Origin: an uncultured Erysipelotrichaceae bacterium
GTDB taxonomy: Bacteria; Bacillota_I; Bacilli_A; RF39; UBA660
Assembly (NCBI GenBank): GCA_902779035.1
Contig: CACZAH010000001.1
Span: 24,591 to 88,590 of the forward strand
Direction: 5' to 3'
DNA length: 64,000 nt
Position 1 is the first letter of the stretch; every line of letters starts with the position of its first letter. Of the stretch, positions 27,430 through 37,200 are shown piece after piece. Made by a program: the position numbers and the translations under genes. The notes under the pieces were generated by a model. The model searched no databases, was not told the DNA's origin, and was given only the letters and a program-made list of their open reading frames with translations.

Positions 27430-29125
27430 ATAAAAAACTCACCAATACTGATTTCATATTACTAGAACAAATTTTAATATCCATATTATATTCGTTAATA
27501 AATGTATGCAAATTTTTTAATTTAGCTTGCTTTAAAAATGATATTGCTTCATCAGATATTTTATTTTTAGGATTCATATTTAAATAATCGATTAGATCTT
27601 GCTCAAAACCATCATTATGTTTTGAAAATAGTATGTTATTCTTAAATAATAATTTACAAATATCATCCATTTTATCTTCAACACTTTGAATTTTAGTTTC
27701 TCTATCTTTAAATCTAAATTCTAATTTTTCTACACCCAACAATTTTTTTAATTCTTCTTGAGCCTCACTAGAAATATACTCAACACATCTTTCTAAACCG
27801 GCATATCTATATTCATCAATACGTGGAACTTTAAAAATATCATTGTCAGTCTTTATATAGACTTTTATACCTAAATTTTCTAATAATTTTTTTATGGTTT
27901 TAAATGCAATACCATTTACGGCATAAATACCAAATCTATATTTATTAATTTTCTCCAAAAAACTATTATCTTTTGTCATTAGTAAACTATAAAAATATTT
28001 TTCGGAATCTCCCTCAATCAATAATACGTTATCATAATATAACATTTCAGCGACTTCAACATTAATCAAATATCCGAATTTTTTGAAATCTTCATTATTT
28101 ATATTATCAAATCTATTTATAATTCTATCGCCTGTTAATCTATTGCAAGATATTTTAATGATTTGATTTACTTTTTCAAAATCAATCGTATAAGGAGAAT
28201 GAGTAGTGATTATAAGTTGACTTGGATTCATTTGTAATAAAGCACTAATATAGATCTTTTGCAATAAAACATATAAATGATTTTCTGGTTCCTCTATAAT
28301 ATAGATTTTTTGTTTATCATTTTTATATATTTTGGATTTTAAAATCATAGAAAAGATTTTGCTTTTTCCGTCACCAATATTATTAAATTCATTATCATTT
28401 GCGTCATAAGTAGCAACATTTAAAGATTTATAAATATTTTCTTCTTTTATATTTGGAATAACTCTAAAATTCAAATCTTCAAGCAACTCTTTAAATTCAC
28501 CTTTTTCATTTAATTCTTGTTGAATTTGATCTATTATTTTCTCATCTTGTATTGTTTCATTTAGATTATTTATTTCTTTTAATATATTTTCACTAAAATA
28601 TATCCCATTTTCTTTGTTATCAGTTTCTTTAAATTTAAAGAAATCTTTTTTTGAATTTTCTATATCATATACTGGGTTTATGTATACAATTGATAATACT
28701 TTATCTAGCTGAGTTTGTGTATTTATTCTTACTTCTTCAAAATCAATATTAGGATCACCATATATTAATGTATCTTCATATTCTAAAGTATCTTCATTGT
28801 ATGTAGAAGTTAACTTAGCTATCATGTATTTCTTTCCTTCGTTATCAATATGAATATAATTACCTATAATAGCAGATTGTTCATTAGTTAAGTCATCTGC
28901 TGTTAGCTTTATTTCAATTTCAATATTATCTTTATTTGAATTTGTTGAGTCAGCAGCAACTAATGGAATACGTCTTTTATTATAATCTAAAACTTTTAAA
29001 ATTGCAGAGCAAATATTCGTTTTTCCACTATCATTTTGACCAATAAGTATTGAAACCTTCTCAACCGTATCAATTTCTATATTCAAACCTCTATAATTCT
29101 TAACTTTTAATCCACATATCAACAT
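27422..29125 (-). CDS. gajA: Gabija GajA-like OLD-family ATPase plus TOPRIM nuclease
   Basis: Start ATG 29125 after GGAGG. Motifs GQNDSGKTN (Walker A), IIEEPENHL (Walker B / D-loop region), HSP and LLIEGDSEKYF (Toprim). Confidence 0.8.
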   Translation of the reverse strand: MLICGLKVKNYRGLNIEIDTVEKVSILIGQNDSGKTNICSAILKVLDYNKRRIPLVAADSTNSNKDNIEIEIKLTADDLTNEQSAIIGNYIHIDNEGKKYMIAKLTSTYNEDTLEYEDTLIYGDPNIDFEEVRINTQTQLDKVLSIVYINPVYDIENSKKDFFKFKETDNKENGIYFSENILKEINNLNETIQDEKIIDQIQQELNEKGEFKELLEDLNFRVIPNIKEENIYKSLNVATYDANDNEFNNIGDGKSKIFSMILKSKIYKNDKQKIYIIEEPENHLYVLLQKIYISALLQMNPSQLIITTHSPYTIDFEKVNQIIKISCNRLTGDRIINRFDNINNEDFKKFGYLINVEVAEMLYYDNVLLIEGDSEKYFYSLLMTKDNSFLEKINKYRFGIYAVNGIAFKTIKKLLENLGIKVYIKTDNDIFKVPRIDEYRYAGLERCVEYISSEAQEELKKLLGVEKLEFRFKDRETKIQSVEDKMDDICKLLFKNNILFSKHNDGFEQDLIDYLNMNPKNKISDEAISFLKQAKLKNLHTFINEYNMDIKICSSNMKSVLVSFLYE

Positions 29126-29197
29126 CTTAACAACCTCCAAAAATATATAATTATTATACCATACAAAAGCACTATCATCAGTGATAGTGCTAAAATT

Positions 29198-29548
29198 TTA
29201 ATAATATTTTTCTAATTTTAATGGATTTCTACCAGTAATTTTTAGATTATATCTTATGTTTAATATCTTTTCTATAGATGGAATTATTATATCAATATTG
29301 CATCTACAATTAAAAATATCTACTGCAGAATTGATATGATTATATAATTTACTATCATCTAAGCAACTTCTTGAATAACTATTTGCAATATAAAATGCTA
29401 CTGCATCTGGTATTACATATCTAATCATGTACTCTTCAAAATTGTCATAGAAAGGCAAATACTTTTTTTGAAATTCTTCATCAGATATATTTCCTTCATC
29501 CATTAATTCTTTTTCATTTGTGTAACTCATATTATAACTAATCTCCAT
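29198..29548 (-). CDS. Hypothetical 116-aa protein, terminal gene at the attR end of the element; has a paralogue at 58447-58722
   Basis: ORF with FYDNFEEYMIRYVIPDAVAFYIANSY...AVDIFN, about one-third identical by eye to the 79-aa ORF at 58483..58722. Confidence 0.55.
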   Translation of the reverse strand: MEISYNMSYTNEKELMDEGNISDEEFQKKYLPFYDNFEEYMIRYVIPDAVAFYIANSYSRSCLDDSKLYNHINSAVDIFNCRCNIDIIIPSIEKILNIRYNLKITGRNPLKLEKYY

Positions 29549-29575
29549 TTCTTACTATGTTTTTGGCTTTAATCG

Positions 29576-29872
29576 TTATACATATTTTGTTACACATCGA
29601 CTGTCGCCTCCACCAGCATTTATATGATTAGAAATTACTAAAACATCTTTAGAATTACCATATGCATTAAGTACACGTCTTACTCTTTCTGAAGGATCAA
29701 GTGTTTCATCACTATCTCTAGTAAGAGTTACGTCCGCACCTAAGCCTCTTAATCTATCTGCTATATATGTTGCAATCTTTAAAGTTAATTCCTTTTCAAT
29801 TATCCCATTTCCAATAGCACCAGAGTCAGTTCCTCCATGTCCTGCATCTATAACAATTTTTTTATAGTTCAT
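29576..29872 (-). pseudogene. 5' part of the split amidase_3 gene (native codons 29872..29612, then read-through into the element)
   Basis: MNYKKIVIDAGHGGTDSGAIGNG...VLVISNHINAGG continues into the attR arm as GDSRCVTKYV*. RBS aggtga lies 6 nt before ATG 29872. Confidence 0.85.
29589..29609. repeat. Element-side arm of attR (P half-site)
   Basis: gttacacatcgactgtcgcct, the reverse complement of the attL arm at 18/21 positions. Confidence 0.75.
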
Positions 29873-29919
29873 TATAATCACCTATATTATCATATGAAAA
29901 AAGCACAAATACGTGCTTA
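29837..29919. repeat. 83-bp direct repeat, copy A (terminator, promoter/RBS and first 12 codons of the amidase)
   Basis: Identical to 31317-31399 except for 3 mismatches (29866, 29890, 29910). Confidence 0.95.
29897..29918 (-). terminator. Hairpin terminator (aagcac/gtgctt plus T-run) overlapping the stop of the AAA ATPase gene
   Basis: The minus strand reads aagcac-gtattt-gtgctt-tttt. The same structure recurs at 31377-31398. Confidence 0.5.
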
Positions 29920-31125
29920 ACTATCAATTAGCCAATCAATTATATTCTTATGAATTATACCATTTTGTGACATATCAAATTTATCCATTGATATTACATA
30001 CTTAGGATAATTATCAGCTACATTATCATAAGCATTAAACTCTCTATTAATAACTTTATCATCTGTAAGGTAGTAGCACACTTGATAATACTCTTTATTA
30101 CCATCTTTGAACGCAATAAAGTCTATCTCACCATTTTCAATATTACCAACATTAACATCATATCCTCTATAAACTAACTCATTATAAACTACGTTTTCTA
30201 AATATGCACCCATCTGTTTTTTCTTTGAAAAATTTAATACTTGTCCTAATCCTAAATCAGTTAAATAATACTTATATTTACCATTAAGTATTCTTTTACC
30301 CCTAACATCATATCTATCAACTTTATTAATTAAATGGGCTTTGCACATATATTCTAGATAATTGTATAAAGTTGTTTTCCCAACACCTCTATCATCATTT
30401 ACCTCGAAGTATTTAACGAGATTATCTGCAGAAAATGTTTGTGATGGTGTTGTAACAATATATTCTGCAATTCTATTAAATAATTCAATATCTGTTACAT
30501 TAAATCTGTTTATAATGTCTTTTACAACTATTGAATTATAAACATCTGTTAAATATGTTCTAATTGAATATTCATCATCTAAAGCAAATCTCTGTGGTAG
30601 TCCACCCCAGATTACATAATCAGTAAACTTGTCTTCTAATTTATACTTATCTAATTCATAATTCTTAAATTCACAAACTTCTTTAAAAGAAAATGGTACG
30701 ATTTTATAACTTACATATCTTCCAGATAGTAAAGAAGATAATTCTCCGGATAATAAATCACTATTAGACCCAGTTATAAATATTGAAATCATATTACCAT
30801 ATTTTGCTTTATATGAATTAACTGTTTTTTCCCAATCTTTAATATATTGTATCTCATCAAAAAATAGATAATACTTATCTTTATTAATAATTCTTTCACT
30901 AATATATTTATCTAAATCTTTATGTGTTTGTATTTCTGAATACTCTGACAATTCAAAATTAATACTTATAATATTTTCTTCTTTTACCCCAGATTCTTTT
31001 ATTTCATTTATTATTTGTTTTAAAATAACAGATTTACCAGACCTTCTTATTCCAGTAATAACTTTAATTAAATCCTGATTATAAAACGGCCTTATCTTTT
31101 TTAAATATTTTTCTCTTATTATCAT
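29917..31125 (-). CDS. AAA-family ATPase with a DUF4143-like C-terminal domain
   Basis: Start ATG 31125 after aggagg. IRPFYNQDLIKVITGIRRSGKSV (Walker A), YLFFDEIQY (Walker B) and a C-terminal GEIDF... nuclease-like/DUF4143-type region. Confidence 0.75.
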   Translation of the reverse strand: MIIREKYLKKIRPFYNQDLIKVITGIRRSGKSVILKQIINEIKESGVKEENIISINFELSEYSEIQTHKDLDKYISERIINKDKYYLFFDEIQYIKDWEKTVNSYKAKYGNMISIFITGSNSDLLSGELSSLLSGRYVSYKIVPFSFKEVCEFKNYELDKYKLEDKFTDYVIWGGLPQRFALDDEYSIRTYLTDVYNSIVVKDIINRFNVTDIELFNRIAEYIVTTPSQTFSADNLVKYFEVNDDRGVGKTTLYNYLEYMCKAHLINKVDRYDVRGKRILNGKYKYYLTDLGLGQVLNFSKKKQMGAYLENVVYNELVYRGYDVNVGNIENGEIDFIAFKDGNKEYYQVCYYLTDDKVINREFNAYDNVADNYPKYVISMDKFDMSQNGIIHKNIIDWLIDS

Positions 31126-31316
31126 AGTAATTCCTCCTAAAGACATTATACATCAGTTTTGTTTAATAGTCAATTTTGTCTTTTGCACAAGACTAAATTA
31201 CAATTTATGACATTTTTGTCTTAAGGCAAAGAACAATGCTGAACAAAAAAAATATTTAATTTTGTATTCGCATGTATTCATAGCCACTCAACATTTTGGG
31301 TCAAACTGATTTATCT

Positions 31317-31399
31317 ATGTCCTGCATCTATAACAATTTTTTTATCGTTCATTATAATCACCTATATTAGCATATGAAAAAAGCACAAAAACGTGCTTA
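31317..31399. repeat. 83-bp direct repeat, copy B (carries a dead amidase start: MNDKKIVIDAGHR*)
   Basis: See copy A. Downstream of position 31317 the amidase frame stops immediately. Confidence 0.95.
31377..31398 (-). terminator. Hairpin terminator downstream of the SEC-C-motif gene (copy of 29897-29918)
   Basis: aagcac / gtgctt stem plus T-run on the minus strand, 70 nt after the stop at 31469. Confidence 0.5.
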
Positions 31400-31468
31400 T
31401 AGATTGTTTTACTTCAGTATTTCAAAAAATAAAATTAAACTAATTAAACATTTATAATTCTTTATAAA

Positions 31469-33034
31469 TTACCTTCCGCAACACTTCTTATATTTCTTAC
31501 CTGATCCACATGGACAAGGTTCATTTCTACCTATTTTTTTATCTTTTTTTATTGTACTATTATTTGATTCTTGACAGTATCCATTACTAATCCAAAGTGG
31601 TATTATATTTTTATATTTCTTTACTATATCGTATATTTTATTAGATACAGATTTACTAAGGCTAAATTCATCTTTTATCTCTGCCATTATTTCCTTATTT
31701 ATTCCACCAAGTCTAGTTAGAATATTAATATTAAATTCAAGTTCATCATTACCATTACATACTTTATTAATCTCATCTAAATAATTGTTTATTGTAGTTA
31801 ATAATTCAGGAGTTAATTCTCGGTAATCACCACTTATTTTCTTTTTTTCAAGTAATTCTTTAGCAAGATAATCATCATTAACTATCGAATAATAGTTTTT
31901 GTGAATAACATGTTCTCCCATTGGCTTTATAGTATCATCCATCGCTTCAAAATCTAAATCAATACCGTGATTATTCTTTAATAATTTCTGTAATACACTC
32001 TTTTCAATTACACCATTCATCTCAAAATAACCAAAAATAATATCTCTAATATAGTAATCAAATGCATCTTTTAGATTATCAAAACCCTGTTCTTTTAAAT
32101 CTAACTTATCATAGTCTTCTAACTCGTTAACATCAACACTCTTTAATATATCCTTAACTTCTTTTGGAACAAGTGTCTTAATTATACCGTTATCATCATA
32201 TGCAAATACAAAGCCTTGCATAAAATCATTATCAGAAAATTCATAAGTAATCTCTTGATGATTACAATTCATAAATCTATTGTACTCATCTACAGTAAAA
32301 TGTTTAACACTTTCTTTCATTGTCTCAATAATAGTGTTTTTTAAATCTTCTACTGACTTAGCTTCACCAAGATATGTATAATAAACATTATCATATCCAT
32401 CTTCATCGAGGCTTTTAAGACAGTTAATTAACGTTTCTTCTTTAGGCTTTTTATTTAATAATGTATCTTCAATAATACCATCAAAATCAAGATCATCGTT
32501 ATTTCTTCCATATGCTGACCAATATCTAAGTTTATCTCCATACTTATTAAATACTTTAATTATTTTATTGATATCCTTCTTTTTAACACCAGCGTGTTCA
32601 AGATAAGAAAGACGATCTTTATCTTTAATCAGTTCATCTTCAAAATAAATATCATCAAAAAGCCTTAAGGTAGCTGCAAGAATAAAAACATATTCCGCTA
32701 CTTGAGGTTCAATAATTTTATCTAACTCATCAAATAAAGTTCCAATATAAATCATATAATCCATAATATCATCGATAGTCAATAATCTTATTTTATAATC
32801 ATTTCTCAAAACCAACAGTTCGTTAAGTTCTTTAAGGTTATATCTGCTATAATACTTTCCATCAAAATATAAATCTTCATCTTTTAATGCAGACTTCTTT
32901 TCTTTATCACTTAATTTAACATTATTATATTTGCATATAGCATCTATATCATCATTAGATAAAGTTCCACATGCAAGTAAATAAGCCATAATAGCGGCTT
33001 TGAATGCTTTTTTACTGTTTAAATCAAAATTCAT
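31469..33034 (-). CDS. Unknown 521-aa protein with a C-terminal SEC-C metal-binding motif; fifth gene of the Wadjet operon
   Basis: C-terminus [18 protein letters not shown]. Only 9 nt downstream of jetD on the same strand. Confidence 0.7.
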   Translation of the reverse strand: MNFDLNSKKAFKAAIMAYLLACGTLSNDDIDAICKYNNVKLSDKEKKSALKDEDLYFDGKYYSRYNLKELNELLVLRNDYKIRLLTIDDIMDYMIYIGTLFDELDKIIEPQVAEYVFILAATLRLFDDIYFEDELIKDKDRLSYLEHAGVKKKDINKIIKVFNKYGDKLRYWSAYGRNNDDLDFDGIIEDTLLNKKPKEETLINCLKSLDEDGYDNVYYTYLGEAKSVEDLKNTIIETMKESVKHFTVDEYNRFMNCNHQEITYEFSDNDFMQGFVFAYDDNGIIKTLVPKEVKDILKSVDVNELEDYDKLDLKEQGFDNLKDAFDYYIRDIIFGYFEMNGVIEKSVLQKLLKNNHGIDLDFEAMDDTIKPMGEHVIHKNYYSIVNDDYLAKELLEKKKISGDYRELTPELLTTINNYLDEINKVCNGNDELEFNINILTRLGGINKEIMAEIKDEFSLSKSVSNKIYDIVKKYKNIIPLWISNGYCQESNNSTIKKDKKIGRNEPCPCGSGKKYKKCCGR

Positions 33035-33043
33035 AATCTACTC

Positions 33044-34264
33044 CTAATCTACTCTTAAATACATAAATTCTTTTATATTATCTATATTCTTTTCTTGATA
33101 TCCAGCTTTCTTATTTAGTACTAATAAATCTTTAATAATACTTAATTCCTCACTTTCTATTTTGTTTAACTTGTTTAATCTTGATTTATTAATAGTCTCA
33201 CTTGATATAGAATTAATATAGTCATCTTTATTATAACAGATCAATTCTAATTCTTTATATCTTTTTTTCAAATTATCTGCAATAAGTAATCCTTCAGGAT
33301 CAAAGTCACCGTTATAATATAATTTATTTCCACTCAATACCAGCTTATCTAAAACTTTGTATAGTGTTATGTTGGGATTACCTGATGTAATTATAATTGA
33401 GTAATTAGTGTTTGCAAGACTATTTAGTATAGATGGGTTTTCAAATATATATACTCGTTTTTCTTTACTATCTATTCTATCCATACTAAGTACATTAGAT
33501 AAATTCATATTAAATATCTGCTTATTATTATAAAAAATATCTAATATCTCATTACCACATAAGTTATAAGTAATTATATAGTTAGATAATGAATCTACAT
33601 ATATATTGTATCTAGCAAGTAATTCTATTCTTTTATCATTAGTAGTAGGATAATCTTCGTTATTTATATAACACAATAGTTTTAAATACAGATTACTAGT
33701 TCTAGTGTTTAAATCTAGGTAATGCGGATTACCCGTTGTTGATGCATAAATAGATAAATTAATACTATTCTTAGGCATATTACTAAGTAAATTAAAGATA
33801 TTATCTAAATCACTATATAATAAATTATTATCTTTATTATAATTAGACTTTAATAAACGATAGATCTTAGAATTACTATCTTTAATACCTGGAATATATA
33901 ATTTATATTTATTAAGTAATTCACTAATCAAAGATTCATATGAAGAAATAACTAACTCCCTCTTCTCTTTTTTAGTTAGTATTTCTTCATTAAAATAACA
34001 CTTAAATAATCCGTCCCAAGTAAATCCTTGAAACCTTGTTTCATTAATCTTACGCGTTAATTCTTTATATGATATCTTTAATGTACTATCTATTTTTAGA
34101 GTCTTACCAAGTAAATCCCCAATGTCAATACACTCTTCTTTAGTTAAATTATTAATAGTAACAACTCCACTATATCTACCAATAGATATGTATTTATCTT
34201 TTAGTAATTTTAATAATCTTGATAAATGTTTAGATTTTAAATAAGTAGATAATTCTTTATTCAT
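33044..34264 (-). CDS. jetD: Wadjet JetD-like protein (DUF2399/Toprim-like C-terminus)
   Basis: 406 aa with C-terminal ...YYNGDFDPEGLLIADNL (Toprim-like DxD). Overlaps jetC by 8 nt. Fourth gene of a 486/399/1343/406-aa cassette. Confidence 0.7.
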   Translation of the reverse strand: MNKELSTYLKSKHLSRLLKLLKDKYISIGRYSGVVTINNLTKEECIDIGDLLGKTLKIDSTLKISYKELTRKINETRFQGFTWDGLFKCYFNEEILTKKEKRELVISSYESLISELLNKYKLYIPGIKDSNSKIYRLLKSNYNKDNNLLYSDLDNIFNLLSNMPKNSINLSIYASTTGNPHYLDLNTRTSNLYLKLLCYINNEDYPTTNDKRIELLARYNIYVDSLSNYIITYNLCGNEILDIFYNNKQIFNMNLSNVLSMDRIDSKEKRVYIFENPSILNSLANTNYSIIITSGNPNITLYKVLDKLVLSGNKLYYNGDFDPEGLLIADNLKKRYKELELICYNKDDYINSISSETINKSRLNKLNKIESEELSIIKDLLVLNKKAGYQEKNIDNIKEFMYLRVD

Positions 34265-37200
34265 CTAAAATCACTTTAACCTTACCATTCCAATGGAAAT
34301 GTTGAACAGCTACTGCTTTAATGCTTTCATCTTTTGTAAGTTCACATATTGCCAGATCCTTAACCTTTTCATAATCTCCCCAAAGTGCTTGTGAAGTTAA
34401 AATGTAATCTAAATTAAGTTTACCTAATATATCAAATAGTTCGTTAATATTTATGTCATCTACACCTGCAAATGCTTCATCAAGTGCAATAATTCTGAGT
34501 GCTTTTTTATCTGCGCTTTCTAACTTTGAATATACAGCTGCAAATAAAGGTATATACATACTTTTAGCGCGTTCTCCACCACTAAATACCGAGAATGCTT
34601 TATTAGTAAGTTCCTTTTTCTCTCCATATTTTCTCTTATAATATATCTTAAACTCAAACCAGTTACGATAATCAAGAACATGCGCAATTACACTTGTATA
34701 GTTATCTAAAGCAGAATCATTATACTCTAATTCTTGTTTAATCTTACTTCTAAAATGATTGATTAATGCATCACTATCCTTAGTACTAATCGCACCTGAA
34801 TCAATCTGAAATAATCTAACAAGTTCCTTAGTATCTAATTCATCTTCTGTATATGCTTGCTTATTCTTCCATTCAAGCGAGAATGATAAATCACTATCAA
34901 CACTAGTGCTATTCATAATATCATTCATCTTACGTACCCAGGCTTTAGACTCATTAATCCTATCTCTTATTTTTCTACCTACTGTCTTAAGTAAAATATC
35001 TTCAAATAAGTGTCTTTCTTGAGTAGTTATATATAACTCGCTATCACTAATAGAGGATTTAATACATGCTTCAAGTTCATACAAGTTAACATACTTTCCT
35101 TGATATGCAGCAGTTATATCATAACGTATATTTTCATTAAATAATTTTCTAATGCCATCTTCATCATATGAATCATTAACATACTTATTAATATAAGTAT
35201 CGTTATCATTAAATATTTCCTTACTATTAATTCTATAATCAAGTAAATCATTACGATAATCATTATAAGCACTAAAGTAATTTGATTGAGCACGCATAAC
35301 ATCATCATTCTTATGACTATCTAAATCTTTAATTATTTTAGATGCATTTACATCTTCATTATATACATAGCCTAAGTCTAATTCCCTTTTTAGTGCAATG
35401 TCTTTAATTTCAAGTTCTACTTCATACTTTTTTATGTTATCCTTAGTACTATTTAGAACTATAGTATTATTATTAATCTTCTCTTCATTTTGACCAATAC
35501 GTAAAGATATGTTTTCTTTTTCTTTTGGAATATCATTTAATCTACTTCTTAGACTCTTTAACTCATCAATAATACCTTTATTCTTAGGATTATTAAGCAT
35601 CTCATTAATTGCATCTATCTTACTTTTAACTTTATTTAAACTAATAGTAGTTTGTGATAACTCATCTCTTTTATCACTTATTTCAATTTCATTATCATCT
35701 AATTCTAATTTCTTAGTATTTTTTATATCAATAGTATTTTGATAACTTTCATATATACTTTTTAACTCATATATATTTTTTTGAATAATATCTATATTAG
35801 ATAATGCATTATTATAACTAGGTGTATTTATAGGAATATCTATATTCTTACTTAATTTATTTATCTCACTAAATATATCTTCTACTTCTTTAGTAAGTTT
35901 AGTAATAGTACTTGTTATATCACTTGATAACTTAGATAACTCATTCATAGTAATATTTAAATCAGTAATACTTTTTTCTATTTTATCTATATTAGTAGAA
36001 GTTGGAAATAACTTAGACTCTTCCTTTACAGTTTCTAATTTGTTATTAATTGTACTAATTATATTCTTATAGTTTTCAATAATCTTACCTATATCATTTA
36101 TTTCTACCTGCTTCTTGCTAATTAATCTATTACGTTCTTTCTCTCTATTAAATATTCCAATATATTTACTTTTGTAAAGTTTACCAGGGTATCCAATAAT
36201 AAAATCTAACTTAATCATTTCATCATTAATTGAGTAATCACCATCTACACTAATAGAGGATAGAATACTTTCAACAACACTAGAATCAATATCCGTATTA
36301 ACTACATTAAAATACTTTAATAAATTATTATCTTTCTTCTTAGTAGATTTTAGAAACATACCTTTAAGTTTATTTACCTTAGATAAATCTTTATTATTTA
36401 CAATTATTGCATTTAGTATATTTAAAGATGACAGTAACTCTTCAATTCTATTTTGTGTATATTTATCTATATTATCTTTAAATTCTATTGCTTTATAAAG
36501 TTCAACATATTTAATATTCATACTCTTAAGTTTATCTAATGTATCAAGAGTCTCTGTATCACTTTCATAATCTAATTCCTTGTTACTAATTAACTCTTCT
36601 AACTCTATATTTAGTTTATCTAACTCTATATTTGCATCATTTAGCTTATGTTCTACCTTCGCTAATTCTTTTTCATTATCACTTTCAATATTATGAGCAA
36701 GATTAAGATAAATATCTCTTGACTTCATATAATTACTACTATTATAATTATCCATTAGATTAAATATACTTAATTTCTCATCATCGTTTAAAACAACCAT
36801 CTTATTACTTTTATTAAGAGTATTAATACTATCTTTAAAATCCATAATTGCATCAGATAAGTGTTGTTTTTTACTAATTAATTCCTTATCTAATTCATCA
36901 ACCTTTTTATTTATTTTGTCTAATTCTTCTTGCCTATTATTAATATCTTTTTCTAAGTTATCAACACTTTCTAACTTAATCTTAATCTTAGTAAGTGTCT
37001 CTTTATAACTTCTTATTCTATCTATTATATAGGTAAAGTTTATACTATTATCAAGAATATTAGATAATTCTACTTTAATATCATTTAACTTAATATCATC
37101 AAGAAGACTAATTATATCGGTACTAATCTCTTTAATTAAAGATTCACTATTATATAGTTTATCATCATAATCCTTAATACTAGCTTCAATACTAATTCTT

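Larger units (their letters stand above)
12745..29611. mobile_element. 16.9-kb large-serine-recombinase integrative (intervening) element inserted in the amidase gene; cargo is Type I R-M, Fic/AbiEi and Gabija
   Basis: attL reads tccatcacca-CC-aggcgataatcaatgtgtaac and attR reads gttacacatcgactgtcgcct-CC-accagcattt. The 21-nt inner arms are inverted repeats (18/21). The recombinase gene lies 0.9 kb from attL. Joining the flanks through one CC restores the amidase reading frame. Confidence 0.75.

Noticed and set aside
29888-29914. A sigma-K-like promoter upstream of the amidase start: AC, 16 nt, then CATATGATA, fitting AC-N16/17-CATAnnnTA.
   Set aside because: The motif is short, is expected by chance in AT-rich DNA, and overlaps a terminator hairpin. 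I am not claiming it as a feature. It is only worth testing if excision proves to be sporulation-specific.
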